Made by a program: the position numbers and the translations under genes | Part shown: one piece after another, positions 8,063 through 16,636 of the stretch | Position numbering within the stretch: the first letter of the stretch is position 1 | Layout: every line of letters starts with the position of its first letter | Source of the DNA: Planctomycetota bacterium | GTDB taxonomy: Bacteria > Planctomycetota > UBA1135 > UBA2386 | Direction: 5' to 3' | Assembly (NCBI GenBank): GCA_046290465.1 | Contig: JBKAGP010000001.1 | Location: forward strand, 4,800,001 to 4,864,000 | DNA: 64,000 nt | The notes under the pieces: generated by a model | Told to the model about the DNA's origin: nothing | The model's database searches: none | What the model saw: only the letters and a program-made list of their open reading frames with translations

Positions 8063-9037
8063 TCAGTTCTGGACGCGCGCGCGGTCGCCGCGGCTGCCCG
8101 GCACCTTGGCCAGTGCCTTGCGCCACGCGTCGTCGTCGAGGATCAAGCCTGCGGTCGCCAGCGGGTCGGTGTCGACGCCGCGCCTGCCACGAACGCAGGT
8201 GACGCGACGGTCGGTGACGCCGAGGCCGGTGCGCGGGTCGATGACATGGGCGTAGCGCACTCCGTCGATCTCGACGAAGCGGTAGACATCGCCGGAGACC
8301 GACGCGGCGCCGTTGGCGATCACGAACGTCAGCGGCTTGCGTTGCTGGTCGGCGCCGCCGACCAGCAGGTCCGGCACCGTCACCCGCCAGCCCTGCTCGC
8401 CCGGCGGCGCGTCGCCGAACACCATGTCGCCGCCGGCGCGGTAGCGGCAGCGCGCCACGCCGTGGGCCTTCAGCAGCGCGACCACCTCGTCGCCGATCAT
8501 GCCCTTGGCGAGCCCGCCGAGGTCGAGCCACATGCCCTGCTTCTTCAGCTGCGCCGTCGACGCCTTGCCGTCGAGCACCAGCGCCCGGACGTCGACGTAG
8601 CGGCGTGCGTTGGCGAGCCGGTGCTTCGGCGGCAGCTTGCCGACCTTGCGCGACGAGCGCCACATCTGCACGAACGGCTTCGCGGTGACGTCGAACGCGC
8701 CGTCGGTGATCGCGTGCATCGCGACCGCGCGTTCGAGTGCGGCGAACAGCTCGTCCGGCACGGCGACCGCCTGCGGGGATTCGGCGGCGATCCGGTTGAG
8801 CGGGCTCGGCGGCTCGAACGCGTAGTCGTTCATCATCGCCGACAGCTCGGCGACCCGCGCGAACGCCGCCTGCGCCGCTGCGTCGGCGGTCTCGGCGTCG
8901 TCGGCGTAGAGGGTCAGCTCGACCGGGATGTTGCCGAAGTGCACCTTCTGGTAGGTGAACTTGCGCGGCTGCTGTGGCGCCGCCGCCAGCGCCTGCGTCG
9001 CCAGCAGCAGCGCGGCCGCGGCGCGCGCGCGGCTCAC
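8063..9037 (-). CDS. apbE: FAD:protein FMN transferase (ApbE family)
   Basis: TDGAFDVT, LDLGGLAKG, AGGD, SVSGDVYRF, YAHVIDPRTG, DPLATA; GTG start overlaps the upstream TGA. Confidence 0.92.
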   Translation of the reverse strand: MSRARAAAALLLATQALAAAPQQPRKFTYQKVHFGNIPVELTLYADDAETADAAAQAAFARVAELSAMMNDYAFEPPSPLNRIAAESPQAVAVPDELFAALERAVAMHAITDGAFDVTAKPFVQMWRSSRKVGKLPPKHRLANARRYVDVRALVLDGKASTAQLKKQGMWLDLGGLAKGMIGDEVVALLKAHGVARCRYRAGGDMVFGDAPPGEQGWRVTVPDLLVGGADQQRKPLTFVIANGAASVSGDVYRFVEIDGVRYAHVIDPRTGLGVTDRRVTCVRGRRGVDTDPLATAGLILDDDAWRKALAKVPGSRGDRARVQN

Positions 9038-10737
9038 TTCGCCCCGGGGATGTTGACCGGGTCGCAGACCAGGCGGAAGCCCATGTCGAAGCGGTCGCGA
9101 TACCACCACAGGCTCTTGGGCAGGTTGGGGTAGGTCTCGTTCCAGATGTCCTGGCTCTCGGTCTCGCGCCAGTCCATCGACAGCTGGTCCTTGGTCACCA
9201 GGTACGAGCCGCCGCGGATGAACACCTCGTCGTCCATGACCCACTCGGCGACGTTGCCCCAGAAGTCGTGCAGGCCGAACTCGTTGGCCGGCTTCTTGCC
9301 GACCGGCATGGTCATCTTGGCGCCCCACTCGTCCTCGCGGCAGTTGCCGTCGAGCCACGCCACCGCGTGCGGATCCTTCGGCACGCCGCCGGTCGCCTCG
9401 GCGACGTAGCGCCATTCGGCGTCGGTCCACAGGCGGTAGGGGCGGCCGGTCAGTTCGCTGACGTGCTTGCAGAACGCGAGCGCGTTGCGGCGCGACACGC
9501 CGAGCACCGCGGTGCCCTCGAAGCCGTGGCCGCGCGAAGCGTCCTCGTAGCACGGCGTCGGGCGCAGCAGCTCCTCCTTGAGCTTGGCGGCGTAGGCCGG
9601 GTCCTTGAGGTCGGTGCAGTAGGACCACGCGTTGAACATGCGCCACGTGACCTCGGTGGTCTGCGCGTAGAACGGCGCGATGCCCTTGGCCGGGTCGCCC
9701 GGGATCAGCACCATCTCGAACGGCGCCTGGTAGCCGAGGTCGAGCACGTTCTCGTCGCCGCGCTCGTTCTGGTAGTCGACGTAGTCGGTGAAGCGCTCCG
9801 GCAGCTTCGACACGTCGACGCCACCCGCGGCCGCGGCGGGCCCCGCCGTCTTGACCGCCTGCAGCTCGCGCTGCAGCTCGGCCTGGCCGGATTCGAGCCG
9901 CTCGAGGCGCGCCGCCAGCGTCGTGACCTGCTCGCCGAGCACGCCGTTCCGGGCCTGCTGCGCGACGATCTGTCGGTTGAGCTCCGCGATCACGGTCAGC
10001 GGGTCCGGCGTCGCGTGGATGCGCACGTCGACCAGCACCTGGTCGTCGACCTCGGCCGGCGGTTCGAAGCCCTGGCGCTTGGCCACCGCGAACGCCGAAC
10101 GCGAGATCGGGAACGTCGCGTCGAGCTTCAGGCTCTGCTCGGTCACCTCCATGCGCGCGTAGATGGTCAGCTCCTGCTCGATGCCGTTCAGCTGCAGCTT
10201 GCAGGCGAGCGCGTGGGTCCAGCCATCGATCGCGCCGGCGAACTCGGCCGTGTCGTCGCCGCTGCGCGGTCGCGCCGCACGCGTCGTCAGCACGGCCGTC
10301 GGGTGCTCGGGCGCAAACCACTGGTTCTCGCGCACGGTGTTGATCATCGCGTTGGGCGCCGGGTGGTCACCGTGGCCGCGCATCGCCTGGACCTGCACGT
10401 GCAGTTCGCCGGCGCGCAGGCTGCGCGACTTCGGGTCGAGCAGGGCGCGGCCGTGCAGCTGCGTCCAGGCGCCGCCGTAGTCGTGGCGCGCGCCGGCGAG
10501 CACCTTGCCGCAGCGCCACAGCATCTGGGTGTTGCCGCCGGCGTCGAGCGACGTCAGCTCGAGCGTCACGTCGGCTTCGTTGGCGGTCACCCCCGCGACG
10601 TCCACGATCTCGGCCTTCGGTGCGGGATCGGTGCCTTCGAGCGGCTGGTTGAGCCAGGCCTGGTAGTAGGCGAAGCCGGCGACGCCGAGTGCGGTGATGG
10701 AGAGCAGGGTCGCAATCGCGACGAAAAACTTGGACAT
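9034..10737 (-). CDS. Membrane-anchored YceI-like + coiled-coil + formylglycine-generating-enzyme (FGE/SUMF1)-fold domain protein
   Basis: N-terminal TM; YceI-like WFAPEHPTAV..LQLNGIEQEL..FPISRSAF; TEVT, RLWTDAEW, PVGKKPANEFGLHDFWGNVAEW, RGGSY, GFRLV. Confidence 0.82.
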   Translation of the reverse strand: MSKFFVAIATLLSITALGVAGFAYYQAWLNQPLEGTDPAPKAEIVDVAGVTANEADVTLELTSLDAGGNTQMLWRCGKVLAGARHDYGGAWTQLHGRALLDPKSRSLRAGELHVQVQAMRGHGDHPAPNAMINTVRENQWFAPEHPTAVLTTRAARPRSGDDTAEFAGAIDGWTHALACKLQLNGIEQELTIYARMEVTEQSLKLDATFPISRSAFAVAKRQGFEPPAEVDDQVLVDVRIHATPDPLTVIAELNRQIVAQQARNGVLGEQVTTLAARLERLESGQAELQRELQAVKTAGPAAAAGGVDVSKLPERFTDYVDYQNERGDENVLDLGYQAPFEMVLIPGDPAKGIAPFYAQTTEVTWRMFNAWSYCTDLKDPAYAAKLKEELLRPTPCYEDASRGHGFEGTAVLGVSRRNALAFCKHVSELTGRPYRLWTDAEWRYVAEATGGVPKDPHAVAWLDGNCREDEWGAKMTMPVGKKPANEFGLHDFWGNVAEWVMDDEVFIRGGSYLVTKDQLSMDWRETESQDIWNETYPNLPKSLWWYRDRFDMGFRLVCDPVNIPGAK

Positions 10738-10939
10738 GCGGACGGTGGAGCGGGCGAACGGTGCAGAAGCGGCCCCGCAGCATAGCTGCGGTGGATCGAC
10801 GCTCCCAGGGTCGGTCGCGTCCGTCGGCACGTTCGCCAGCGATGTCGAGGATTCCTCGTGACGACGAGCCGTTCGTTCCGCCTTGCTCCGGTGTGGGCCC
10901 GGGCCTTCCGGGCCGTCCATTACCTGCACCTCGCTATCG

Positions 10940-11347
10940 ATGATCCACCGAACCACGTTCGCGCTCCTCGCCCTCCTGTGCCTTTCCGTGTCGGCGCTCG
11001 CGCACCGCCCCGCCGCGATTCCCTTGGCCCCGATCACGTCGGGAGTGCCGGCGTTGGGACCGGCCGGCTACGAACTGCAAGAGGAGGACGGTACGCCGAT
11101 CGGCGATCCTGGTCGCTACGTCGTCTGGGCGGTGCCGACCGCCATCCGTGGCGTGTATTCGCTGACCACCGTCTACATGCCCGAAGAAGGGCCTTATGTG
11201 ATCCTCTACAACGAGTCGGGTTTCGCGGTGAAGACCGCCACCGGCTACGACACGTCGACGTCGACGACGACCGGTACCCTCGAGCTGCAGAACGACGGTC
11301 GTTGGAAGGAGACGCTGTCCAGCGGCAACACGTCCTACTGGGGCTGA
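10940..11347 (+). CDS. Small secreted hypothetical protein
   Basis: Signal peptide MIHRTTFALLALLCLSVSALA; beta-rich mature part. Confidence 0.7.
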   Translation: MIHRTTFALLALLCLSVSALAHRPAAIPLAPITSGVPALGPAGYELQEEDGTPIGDPGRYVVWAVPTAIRGVYSLTTVYMPEEGPYVILYNESGFAVKTATGYDTSTSTTTGTLELQNDGRWKETLSSGNTSYWG

Positions 11348-11374
11348 GCGGTCGCCCGGTGCTGCGCTGCGTCG

Positions 11375-12514
11375 TCAGCGCAAGACCTTCTGCAGCAGCG
11401 CGGCGACGTGGCGGGCCTGCCGCAGCATGCCGAGGTCGTTCGGGTGGCTGCCGTCGGTGGTGCCCTCACCGTCGTCCCCGAGCAGGTTGGCGCCGGCGAG
11501 CAGGTGCACGTGCGCGGCTTCGCGCGGCCGCAACTGCGCGTGCGCGTCCCGCAACGCCTGCCGGCGCTGCTCGTGCGCGCGCCGGACCGACGGCCGCAGC
11601 CACGCGTTGGCGAACGTGCGATCCTCGACCAGCACGACGTCGGCCTGCGGGCGCGCTTCGCGCAGCATCGCGACCAGCGCGCCGGTCCGTTCGCGGACCT
11701 GCTCGGCCTTCATGTTGGGCAGGCAGTCGACGACGAACGTGGCGGCGTCGATCGTCGCCAGCGGCGCGCCGACCTCGGCCTCCATGCGGCCGTTGCCGGA
11801 GAAGCCGAGGTTGACGACCTCGCGGTCGAGCATGCGCGACAGGATCGCCGGCCAGGCCATGCCGGGACGACTGGCGCAGGCGCCGTGTGCGATCGACGTG
11901 CCGTAGACGACCACCGGCTTGCTGCGCCGCGGCGGTGCCGGCCGCAGCGTGGCGCCGGCAGGCACGCCGAGTTCGAGCCGTTCGATGCCGTTGTAGAGCG
12001 GCAGGTAGAGCACGAACGCGCGGCCGCCCTCAGGAGCGTCGGCGAGGCCGCTGGCGAGTCGCTGGCTGACGTCACGCGCGGTCGGTCGCGAGACCGCGAC
12101 CCACCGCAGGGTGCCCGCGTCGTCGCGGGCGTAGAGGTCGACACCGCTGACGCCGGTCGCCGGCATGTGGTACATCGCGAGCTGCGGGCTCGTCAGCCGG
12201 TAGCGCACGTGCAGTTCGGTCGCGTCACTGACGAACCGCACCGCCATCCCGGCGCTGTGACGCGACAGCCGCCAGACCGCGGGCCGCACCTCGGCCTCGG
12301 CGGACGCGGGCAGGCGGTCGAACGGCGCCTTGCGCTCGGCGAACGCGCGGCCCTCGATCGGCCAGTCGGCGACGTCGGTCCAGCGCACGCCCTCGTCCTG
12401 GGCGGACTGGGTGCGTGGCGCGGCCAGGGCGCGTGGTGCGGCCAGGGCGCGTGGTGCGGCCAGGGTCGCGGCGAGGCTGCAGGCGATGCAGAGGGCGGAG
12501 CTGAGGGGGCGCAT
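11375..12514 (-). CDS. SGNH/GDSL hydrolase with GxDLY N-terminal domain
   Basis: SGVDLY, YLPLYNG, YGTSIAHG, NLGFSGNG, DGSHPNDLG; AAPRAL repeats (18-bp unit) after the signal peptide. Confidence 0.92.
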   Translation of the reverse strand: MRPLSSALCIACSLAATLAAPRALAAPRALAAPRTQSAQDEGVRWTDVADWPIEGRAFAERKAPFDRLPASAEAEVRPAVWRLSRHSAGMAVRFVSDATELHVRYRLTSPQLAMYHMPATGVSGVDLYARDDAGTLRWVAVSRPTARDVSQRLASGLADAPEGGRAFVLYLPLYNGIERLELGVPAGATLRPAPPRRSKPVVVYGTSIAHGACASRPGMAWPAILSRMLDREVVNLGFSGNGRMEAEVGAPLATIDAATFVVDCLPNMKAEQVRERTGALVAMLREARPQADVVLVEDRTFANAWLRPSVRRAHEQRRQALRDAHAQLRPREAAHVHLLAGANLLGDDGEGTTDGSHPNDLGMLRQARHVAALLQKVLR

Positions 12515-12796
12515 GGTCGGCGAGATGCTAGGGCCCCGCGGATCCTGATGGCATGGGCCGTTGCGGGGCGATCGCCGCGTCGACCGACGGCGTTGTTTCG
12601 AAAAGTCGCTGACGCTCACGCCCGCCTGCCGCCCGTAGCCCAGCCGGGATCTCCCGGATTCTCCATGACGAACGAGCCCGCTTCCGTCCTTGCGTCACCG
12701 GCAGCCGATTCCGGTTGCCGCGCAGTGGTTGTGCCGTCGCGCGACCCTGCGGCACAATACCGGCGACCAAGATCTCGCCGCTTGGGGCTTCGCCAC

Positions 12797-13417
12797 TTGG
12801 AGACGGACTTCGCACAGACGATCGCCGCGGCCCGCGACGGCGATCAGGACGCGCTCGACGAGCTGTTCCGTTCGTTCTACACGCGCGTGTCGACGATGGT
12901 GCACCAGTCGCTGGCGGCGGACTTCCGCGCGCAGCGGCCCTGGCTCGGCGCGATGCTGAGCACGGGTGACGTCGTGCAAGAGGTGTTCGCGAGCGTCATC
13001 AAGGACATCCGCGACTTCGAAGGCACGACCGAAGGACAGTTCGTCAAGTACCTGACGACGCTGACGCGCAACCGGCTGATCGACGCGGTGCGCTTCCACG
13101 AGGCCGTGCGACGCGACCGGCGTCGCGTGACCGGCGGCGACACCGTGCTGGGCAACCAGTCCGTCGACGTCGGCGACCAAGCCGCCGCGCGCGACGAGCT
13201 GACCCGCTACACGCGGGCGCTGTCGTCGTTCCGCGACCGTGAGCGCGCGCTGCTGCGCGGCCGGCTCGAAGGCGGCGAGCAGCCGCCGACGTTCGAAGAG
13301 CTGGCTGATCAGCTCGGCTACGCATCGGCTGGCGCGGCGCGGCAGGCGTTCTTCACGTGCAAGGCGCGGCTGTTGATCAAGCTCGGCAAGCCTCGCGATC
13401 AGGATCCGGCGCGGTGA
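12797..13417 (+). CDS. ECF sigma-70 factor
   Basis: ARDGDQDALDELF, GDVVQEVF, NRLIDAVR, C-terminal HTH FEELADQLG; start uncertain (TTG 12797 or ATG 12665). Confidence 0.88.
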   Translation: METDFAQTIAAARDGDQDALDELFRSFYTRVSTMVHQSLAADFRAQRPWLGAMLSTGDVVQEVFASVIKDIRDFEGTTEGQFVKYLTTLTRNRLIDAVRFHEAVRRDRRRVTGGDTVLGNQSVDVGDQAAARDELTRYTRALSSFRDRERALLRGRLEGGEQPPTFEELADQLGYASAGAARQAFFTCKARLLIKLGKPRDQDPAR

Positions 13418-15912
13418 GGCCGGAGGACGATCCGGAGCTCGAACGGCTCGTCGTGCGCGCGCTCGAGCTGGAGGCGAGCGGCGACGCGGTCGACATCGAG
13501 CAGCTGTGCGCGCACCGTCCCGACCTGATCACGCTGGTTCGCGATGCCCTGGGGCACTCGGCCAACCTGTCCGGCATCGACGAGGCGGCGCAGGGCTTCG
13601 ACCCCAACGAGCACGCCGTGTTCGGCGATCGTTACCGGCTCGATCGCCGCCTCGGGGCCGGCGCGATGGGGGTCGTCTACCTGGCGACCGACCTCGAGCT
13701 GCAGCGGCCGGTCGCGGTCAAGGTGCTGCGCTCGGTCCTGCTCGACGGCGACGAGGCGGCGGCGCGGTTCGAGCGCGAGGCCGAGGTGCTGGCGGCCGTG
13801 CAGCACCCGGCGGTGGTCACGGTGTTCGACCGCGGCAGCACCGCGGACGGGCTGCGCTACCTGGTGATGGAGCTGCTCGACGGCGTCTCGCTGGGCGAAC
13901 TGCTGCAGCGCGCCGAGGAGCGCGCGCGCGAGCACGGGCCGAGCGACGACACCGCGTGGCTGCGCGAACACTTCGCGGCCGACGTGCAGCTCGACTCGAG
14001 CTTCCTGCGGCAGTCGGTTCGCTGGATCGCGCAGCTGTCGTCGGGGCTCGAAGCCGTGCACGAGGCGGGCGTCTTCCACCGCGACATCAAGCCGTCGAAC
14101 GTGTTCTTGCGGCGCGACGGTTCGCCGGTGCTGCTCGACTTCGGCATCGCCACGCGTAGCTCGGAGGAGACGCTGTCGAGCAGCGAGAGTCCGGTCGGCA
14201 CGCCGGCCTACATGGACCCCAACCAGCTCGAACGTCGCGGCGAGCCGGGGCCGGTGGTCGACGTCTACGGCCTGTGCGGCACGCTCTACCACATGGTCAC
14301 GCTGCGGGCGCCGTTCCGCGGCACGCCGCAGGAGATCCTCGCCGACCTCAAGACCAAGGAGCCGCCGCCGGCCAGCCAGGTGCGGCCGGGGCTGCCGCGC
14401 GACCTGCAGGCGGTGCTCGACTGCGGCATGGCGCGGCGTGACTCGAGGCGCTACCCGAGCGCGCGGGCGTTGCGCGACGACCTGCTGGCGATGCTCGAAT
14501 ACCGGCCGGTGTCGGTGCGGCCGGTCACGTCGTTCGAACGGCTGGCGCGCCGCGTCGCGCGGTCTCGGGAGTTCCGCGCCGCGGTCGTGGTGCTGGTGCT
14601 GGTGGCCGCCACGTTCGGCGTGTGGCAGTGGCGGCAGAGTGGCCTGGATGCGCGCGTCGACGCGTGGCGTGTCGACTGGGCCGGCATCGGCCCGACGCAG
14701 TTCGACGCGCCGCTGGTGATGCGCCGGATCGCCGTCGACGAGGTGCGCGCCGCCGAGACCGCGCGGTTCGACCGCATGGTCGACAGCGGCGTCGAGCCGA
14801 TCACGTCGCGCCTGGTGCGGGCCGCGTGGCGGCTCGACAACGGCATGCCGAAGCTGGCTGCCGACGACATCGCGGTGGTCGCGTCGCTGGTCGATTCGGA
14901 CTATGCGCGCGCGCTGCTGGCGAGCTACCGCGCGCTGCCGGCGGACGCCCAGGATGCGTCGTCGCTGCAGATCCCGGAGCTGCCTCGTGGCGCGTCGCAG
15001 ACCGACACGTTCTTGGCGGCGTTCCACCTGACGCGCACCGACGACGAGGACTACGACCGCGCGGTGGAGCTGATGCGCGAGGTCGACAGCGACGATCCGG
15101 GTGTGCGCCACCTGCAGCTGCGGCTGACGATGGCGAGCTTCCGCAACGTGACCCGCATCGAACGCCACGAGATGATCCGGGTGATGCTTGACCGGGCGAC
15201 GCGCGAGGAAGAACGGCTCGGGCGGCCGACCGCGATGACCGCGCAGGTCGCCGGGATCGCGCTGCAGATGCAGGACTACGACGAGCAGGCGCTCGCGATG
15301 ATGCGGCGAGGCGTCGCGCTGGCGCCGGGTGACCACGGTCTGCACATCAACCTCGGCAACCTGCTGTCGGCGATGGGCGACTACGACAGCGCGGTGGTCG
15401 AGTTCGCCGAGGCCTCGCGCCTGCGTCCGAAGAGCATCGGCGCCGGCCGCGCGTGGGTCATCAGCCTCTACCGCGTCGAGCGCTTCGACGAGGCGCGCGA
15501 CGTGCTCGCGCAGATGCCGTTCCAGCAGACCGACTACGACCAGGGGGAGCGCGTCTACCTGCAGGCCGCGATCGACCTCGCCGAGTCGATGGCGCGGACC
15601 GATGCGGGCGAGGTCGACGAGGCCCAGGCGCTCGCGCGGCAGGCGGTGGCGGCGCTCGACCGTTGTCGCCAGCTCGGCACGCAGGTGCGGGAGAGCAAGT
15701 ACTTCCTGGCCAAGGCCTATGCGGGTGAGGTCGAGGACCGCGCGACCTACGTCGCCGGCCTGCTGTCCGACGATCCGTCCGACGCCAGCCTGCTCGGACT
15801 GTTGCTGCAGACGATGCCCGACGACCTCGACGCGAAGCAGACCAAGGCCGTGCGGCAGTTCCTCGAGGCGCTGCAGCTGGCGCTGGCGCCCCGGCTCGAA
15901 GAAGGCAAGTAG
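13414..15912 (+). CDS. Hanks-type Ser/Thr protein kinase with TM segment and TPR repeats
   Basis: [34 protein letters not shown] overlaps the sigma gene TGA. Confidence 0.93.
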   Translation: MRPEDDPELERLVVRALELEASGDAVDIEQLCAHRPDLITLVRDALGHSANLSGIDEAAQGFDPNEHAVFGDRYRLDRRLGAGAMGVVYLATDLELQRPVAVKVLRSVLLDGDEAAARFEREAEVLAAVQHPAVVTVFDRGSTADGLRYLVMELLDGVSLGELLQRAEERAREHGPSDDTAWLREHFAADVQLDSSFLRQSVRWIAQLSSGLEAVHEAGVFHRDIKPSNVFLRRDGSPVLLDFGIATRSSEETLSSSESPVGTPAYMDPNQLERRGEPGPVVDVYGLCGTLYHMVTLRAPFRGTPQEILADLKTKEPPPASQVRPGLPRDLQAVLDCGMARRDSRRYPSARALRDDLLAMLEYRPVSVRPVTSFERLARRVARSREFRAAVVVLVLVAATFGVWQWRQSGLDARVDAWRVDWAGIGPTQFDAPLVMRRIAVDEVRAAETARFDRMVDSGVEPITSRLVRAAWRLDNGMPKLAADDIAVVASLVDSDYARALLASYRALPADAQDASSLQIPELPRGASQTDTFLAAFHLTRTDDEDYDRAVELMREVDSDDPGVRHLQLRLTMASFRNVTRIERHEMIRVMLDRATREEERLGRPTAMTAQVAGIALQMQDYDEQALAMMRRGVALAPGDHGLHINLGNLLSAMGDYDSAVVEFAEASRLRPKSIGAGRAWVISLYRVERFDEARDVLAQMPFQQTDYDQGERVYLQAAIDLAESMARTDAGEVDEAQALARQAVAALDRCRQLGTQVRESKYFLAKAYAGEVEDRATYVAGLLSDDPSDASLLGLLLQTMPDDLDAKQTKAVRQFLEALQLALAPRLEEGK

Positions 15913-15936
15913 CCGGTCCGTCAGGTCTGCTCCCCC

Positions 15937-15979
15937 GAAACCGACCTTACGAAGCCGACCTTACGGAACCGACCTCAAC
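15937..15979. repeat. 3 x 14-bp tandem repeat anchored on the stop codon of the YczE-family gene
   Basis: gaaaccgaccttac gaagccgaccttac ggaaccgacctcaac; the last unit contains the stop at 15975-15977. Confidence 0.8.
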
Positions 15980-16604
15980 GATCTGGGGCGTCGGCGTGCT
16001 TCGAGAAGCGGGGGAGGAACAGCTGTACGAACGGGCCGATGCTGATGGCGAACCAGGCCGTGCCGAAGCCGAGCGAACCGCCGAGCAGGATGCCGAGCAC
16101 GAGCACCGTCAGCTCGATCCCGGTGCGCACCGTCCAGATCGTGAAGCCGCGGCGGCCGATGCCGGTCATCAGGCCGTCGCGCGGGCCGGGGCCGAGGCCG
16201 CCGCCGAGGTAGAGCCCCGAGGCCAGGCCGACGATCGCCGGGCCCGCGGCACACATGGCGATGCGCAGCCACAGGTGGCCGTCGTCGGGCAGCCACAGCA
16301 GCGTGGTGTCGACCGAGATCCCGATCAGCAACGCGTTGAGGATCGTGCCGAGGCCGAGCCGTTCCTTCAGCGGCACGAACGCCAGCACCAGCACGACGCC
16401 GGTGGCGATGATCACGGTGCCGAGGCTGACGCCGACGGTCTGCGCGACGCCCTGGTGGAACACGTCCCACGGTGGCAGGCCGAGGTCGGCGGCCACCATC
16501 GCGGCGATGCCGGCGCCGAACAGCCACAGGCCGAGCACGACCTGGGGCAGGCGGCGCAGCGTCTCGCGCCAAGGCAGGACCAGCAGCAAACCGTCCGACG
16601 TCAT
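15975..16604 (-). CDS. YczE/YyaS/YitT family membrane protein
   Basis: ADLGLPPWDVFHQG, GLGTILNA, LGPGPRDGLMTG, GGSLGFGT. Confidence 0.92.
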   Translation of the reverse strand: MTSDGLLLVLPWRETLRRLPQVVLGLWLFGAGIAAMVAADLGLPPWDVFHQGVAQTVGVSLGTVIIATGVVLVLAFVPLKERLGLGTILNALLIGISVDTTLLWLPDDGHLWLRIAMCAAGPAIVGLASGLYLGGGLGPGPRDGLMTGIGRRGFTIWTVRTGIELTVLVLGILLGGSLGFGTAWFAISIGPFVQLFLPRFSKHADAPDR

Positions 16605-16636
16605 CTGCGGGACACGTTACGCGGTAGCATCCGGGC

